Positions 63,427-64,000 of a stretch of 64,000 nucleotides of DNA are shown here, piece after piece. Source of the DNA: Phaeosaccion multiseriatum (Eukaryota > Protista > Ochrophyta, other classes); contig OZ218965.1 of the NCBI GenBank assembly GCA_965112735.1, positions 186,001 through 250,000 on the forward strand, given 5' to 3'. The position numbers and the translations under genes were made by a program. The first letter of the stretch is position 1. Each line of letters starts with the position of its first letter. The notes beneath the pieces are model-generated. The model was not told where the DNA came from, searched no databases, and was given only the letters and a program-made list of their open reading frames with translations.

Positions 63427-64000
63427 TGCAGTTGGTGATACAGAGCAGAGCTTGTGCATGCAGGCAAAGGTGCGACGCCCAATGGATGGCAATGGATGGA
63501 GAGGGGAGGGATAGAAGTCCCTTAGACGTTTAACAGAGCCGGGCAGCCGGGCAGTCTTGCCGTGGGACAGATTAGAGGTATACGGGGCCGCCCTGTCCCG
63601 TGCATGTACTATATATACACTCACGGGGAGGGTGGATTGACTTATAGTGTGGCGCGGGTTGATAGATAGGTTTACACGTAACATTATTTACTTGTGTTGA
63701 TGACCACGCTCGGTAAAATAAAGGATGGTACCATAAGTCCGGTGTATAAAGGCCAGAGCAGCTGTGCTGTGCTGTGCTGCTGTGCGGTTGGCCCTCCCCT
63801 CCGTTGAGTGCCATCCCTTCCCCGCCTCTGCAGCTCTAGCCTGCAGCTTTAACATGCCTCTCCTGGCCGCCTCGGAGCGTACTGCCTGTTACGGCCTGTT
63901 ACTGCACCGAACCGAACCTGCACGTCGCCTCACGACGATAGCGAAGGGAGGGGCCCATCACTCTGACTCCCACTGACAGGAGAGGGCTCTGGCAGAGAAG

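Overview
Intron-rich nuclear DNA from a photosynthetic eukaryote, most likely an ochrophyte stramenopile: ChlM carries a bipartite signal with an 'ACA-F' plastid motif, and the GT-AG introns are packed with microsatellites. Most ORFs in the track are artefacts of low-complexity introns, so I built spliced models by hand. Ordinary genes are a zeta-toxin-like P-loop kinase fused to a glutaredoxin (1-4.1 kb, minus, runs off the left edge), a Sec66/Sec71 homologue, a stand-alone Pta-N-terminal (BioD-like/DRTGG) protein, tRNA dimethylallyltransferase, an uncharacterised gene and chlM. The centrepiece (20-56 kb) is a tandem cluster of three LRR-ROC-COR-TIR (ROCO-TIR) candidate immune receptor genes, A, B and C. 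Each 24-aa LRR sits on its own 72-nt phase-1 exon separated by a conserved ~77-nt intron (~149-bp period), and variation is concentrated on the xxLxLxx ligand face. Gene B is a recent unequal-crossover chimera (5' half = C, 3' half = A). Its junction falls in a 4-bp window inside an LRR exon (35332-35335), giving 17 LRR units versus 12 in A and 9 in C, and duplicating ~14.5 kb. The arrays also contain a donor-dead cassette, an in-frame exon fusion and half-exon mosaics. Each ROCO gene is followed by a 5'-truncated, inverted copy of the zeta-kinase/glutaredoxin gene. Gene models have no transcript support, and the 14.5-kb duplication needs confirmation with reads.
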